Part shown: in pieces, positions 63,887-64,000 of the stretch | Position numbering within the stretch: the stretch's first letter is position 1 | Layout of the letters: every line of letters starts with the position of its first letter | Assembly (NCBI GenBank): GCA_963733295.1 | Contig: CAVTCS010000003.1 | Coordinates: 160,001 to 224,000, forward strand | Direction of reading: 5' to 3' | From: Vulcanimicrobiota bacterium | Lineage (GTDB): Bacteria; Vulcanimicrobiota; Vulcanimicrobiia; Vulcanimicrobiales; Vulcanimicrobiaceae | Length of the DNA stretch: 64,000 nucleotides | The notes under the pieces: model-generated | Seen by the model: only the letters and a program-made list of their open reading frames with translations | Databases searched by the model: none | Told to the model about the DNA's origin: nothing | Translations under genes and position numbers: made by a program

Positions 63887-64000
63887 ATGGAGCTCGCAAT
63901 CGATCGCGGCATCGTCGCGGACGCGCGCCGGCTGGCCGGGGCGATCGTCGACCCGGTCGAGGTCTTCATCCGCGCCCACTCGACCGTCGCCGTCGAGCGC
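63887..64000 (+). CDS. kamD: Lysine 5,6-aminomutase alpha subunit, 5' fragment running off the window
   Basis: MELAIDRGIVADARRLAGAIVDPVEVFIRAHSTVAVER matches the recalled KamD N-terminus (L.LD...AR..A..I....FI..HTTV.VER); only 38 codons are visible. Confidence 0.7.
   Translation, partial: MELAIDRGIVADARRLAGAIVDPVEVFIRAHSTVAVER

Noticed and set aside
63773..63979. 68-aa minus-strand ORF upstream of the ECF sigma
   Set aside because: It is antisense to the KamD-like frame and overlaps the likely promoter region; no protein-like features.
1..64000. Many long Arg/Ala-rich alternative-frame and antisense ORFs (e.g. 8721-10211, 31718-33244, 37884-39284, 58409-59878)
   Set aside because: Expected shadows of high-GC coding sequence; they overlap well-supported genes and lack motifs.
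1..64000. CRISPR array, rRNA, tRNA, transposase, integrase or prophage
   Set aside because: No regularly spaced repeats, structural RNA signatures or such proteins were seen by eye; a covariance-model scan would be needed to exclude small RNAs.

Overview
A gene-dense, high-GC bacterial chromosome segment. The combination of sepF/divIVA/whiA, csaB, flagellar genes and outer-membrane barrel-like proteins suggests a diderm Terrabacteria lineage such as Eremiobacterota/Vulcanimicrobiota; this is inference only. Most of the window is housekeeping: hom-metY-metX, DUF5693-csaB-ileS, aroF, ilvE, tgt-rluD-lspA-ccdA, lgt-yggS-sepF-divIVA, flgF/flgG/fliA, gap-pgk-tpiA-gpmI-punA, mfd-prsA-mazG-S4-whiA, envelope glycosylation genes, deoB-sugar transferase-murJ-flippase, and an ECF sigma/anti-sigma operon. 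Signals not in the ORF track or otherwise unusual: (1) a probably leaderless 21-aa leader peptide with a Tyr-Trp-Tyr-Trp-Phe run and a complete terminator/antiterminator in front of a DAHP synthase that lacks a regulatory domain; (2) a tandemly duplicated module of an LptD-like outer-membrane protein plus a CBM20-like carbohydrate-binding partner; (3) dispersed lysine-fermentation genes (kal, and the kamD 5' end at the window edge); (4) an orphan GvpL/F gene behind divIVA; (5) a GNAT-inositol monophosphatase fusion; (6) three paralogous secreted proteins, two with Pro/Ser/Thr-rich linkers, beside a GT-C glycosyltransferase; (7) a 161-bp MITE-like element, a REP-like doublet and a decayed higB; (8) three +1 frameshifts (ileS, fliA, flgJ-like), most likely sequencing errors. 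No tRNA, rRNA or CRISPR array was seen. All family assignments come from motif recognition by eye, not database searches.
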